Shown: piece by piece, positions 62,699 to 64,000 of the stretch
Layout of the letters: each line of letters begins with the position of its first letter
How positions within the stretch are numbered: the first letter of the stretch is position 1
Source of the DNA: Haliotis rufescens
Lineage: Eukaryota
Assembly: GCF_023055435.1 (NCBI RefSeq)
Contig: NW_025964361.1
Coordinates: 31,558,001 to 31,622,000, forward strand
Reading direction: 5' to 3'
DNA length: 64,000 nt
Program-made: the position numbers and the translations under genes
The notes under the pieces: model-generated
The model's database searches: none
What the model saw: only the letters and a program-made list of their open reading frames with translations
Told to the model about the DNA's origin: nothing

Positions 62699-63319
62699 TA
62701 TTTATTAATAGCTGTATCATTCACCCATGCATTCATTTCTTTCTTCAGTTATGTATAAATATGTCCGTTTAATATATTATATATATATCTTTATTCATTA
62801 TCAGCAATACTCTGGCTTCATATTTCCATAAAACGGTTGAACTAGTCGGCGTCGTATGTAACGAAGTCGGATATGTGTATAACCCAACCAATATCTAATG
62901 ACAGTTACTGTAATAATACATGATTATATAGGTATTATCCATATTATCAAGATAAATACCCAGGACCCATTCGCCAGCATAGCTTGGTTTCGGAAGTGAC
63001 TAACCATCTCTATCTCTCCAATCATTAACGTAGCACACAATCTCTCTCGTTCATGACACTAGTGTGACTGGGACGTTATTTTATGCGTCGTATATTTGCT
63101 ATCGTAATCAGAGTGCTCTGATACAGAAAGGGTCCCGCGTCCAATGGGTCGATTTATCATAATAGAATGGGTATATCCAGATAATACCCCCGATAAATGA
63201 GGATGATATTCATGTGAACAACGAACTTCGGATGTGCCATAGCGTGAACCGACGTTGGGTATTCGGGTTTTATTTGCTGTTAAATGCGGAAGTTAGCAAT
63301 ATTCCACTGATGTCAAGGT

Positions 63320-63500
63320 TGCTGTAATGAATTGTGTCTGGACCAGAGAACTTCCACAGGTTGAAATGAGCGACGTCCCACTCAGTTGGAGTACAATGAC
63401 AAGCAATAAGCTAAGACAACGAACCTGGCTATCCGATCCATTACGTCGCCTCTTGCGACAAGCAATCGGACCTATTGTAACCCTGGTCCCCAAAGGGTCT
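63320..63500 (-). mobile_element. SINE-like repeat family 3, diverged
   Basis: gtctggaccaga..ccgatcca..gtcgcctcttgcgacaagca. Confidence 0.6.
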
Positions 63501-63552
63501 GAACAGTCAATAAGGCGCTGTGTTCATTTGTGCTGACCTCTCGAATACTGAA

Positions 63553-63920
63553 GGTGAGGTTAGGTGAAATGGGGTTTAGCGTCGCGTCCAAAATTTATGC
63601 TCTTACATAGCGACATGCATGCACACGTGTGTGTGTGTGTGCGTGTGTGTGTGTGTGTGTGTGGTGGCTAGAACTAGTCCGGACTTATCCCGATTTATAG
63701 TGCTAGCACACTGAGATACCATGCCGCAGTTTAACATGAATACCTCACTCAGACACGGTATACCGACCAGTCCTTGTTTTAGCCCCTTAATGCCGAGCGC
63801 CAGACATGATAGCAGCAAGTACCATCTTTTAACGTCTTTTGGTATGACGCGGCCGGGGATCGAACCCCGGACCTTCCGCTCTCCGGGCGGACGCTCTACC
63901 ACTAGACCACGGAGGCGGTC
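63553..63920 (-). mobile_element. Full-length tRNA-derived SINE family 1
   Basis: Reverse complement of the 21619-21981 consensus; TSD aatactgaag on both sides. Confidence 0.95.
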
Positions 63921-64000
63921 ATCCAATACTGAAGCATCAACCTGCCTATAGGTCCCCTGTCTGCGTGTAATCTATCTAATTAGGATCGGGTGGCTTACGT

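Overview
AT-rich eukaryotic genomic DNA with three assembly gaps. The repeat content looks molluscan, possibly abalone-like (inference from SINE and retroelement style, not proven). I found no intact protein-coding gene. Much of the non-transposon sequence appears to be about 25-30 heavily decayed copies of an F-type lectin (fucolectin/FTP, F5/8C-like fold) domain exon, some followed by EGF-like remnants. They lie on both strands and partly in segmental duplications, which suggests a dead lectin/lectin-EGF gene cluster. These calls come from manual frame-shifted translation against the FTLD motif series (NVA/NL..QSS..A(V/I)DG..C.HT..PWW.VDL..V.I.NR..GRYV..CEV) and need profile-HMM confirmation. 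Interspersed are about 27 copies of the 3' module of Penelope-like retroelements (three joined to RT remnants, plus one separate RT relic), four SINE or SINE-like families, an RTE-X-like and an R4-like LINE fragment, several MITEs, and four minisatellite arrays (32, 50, 52 and 29 bp units).
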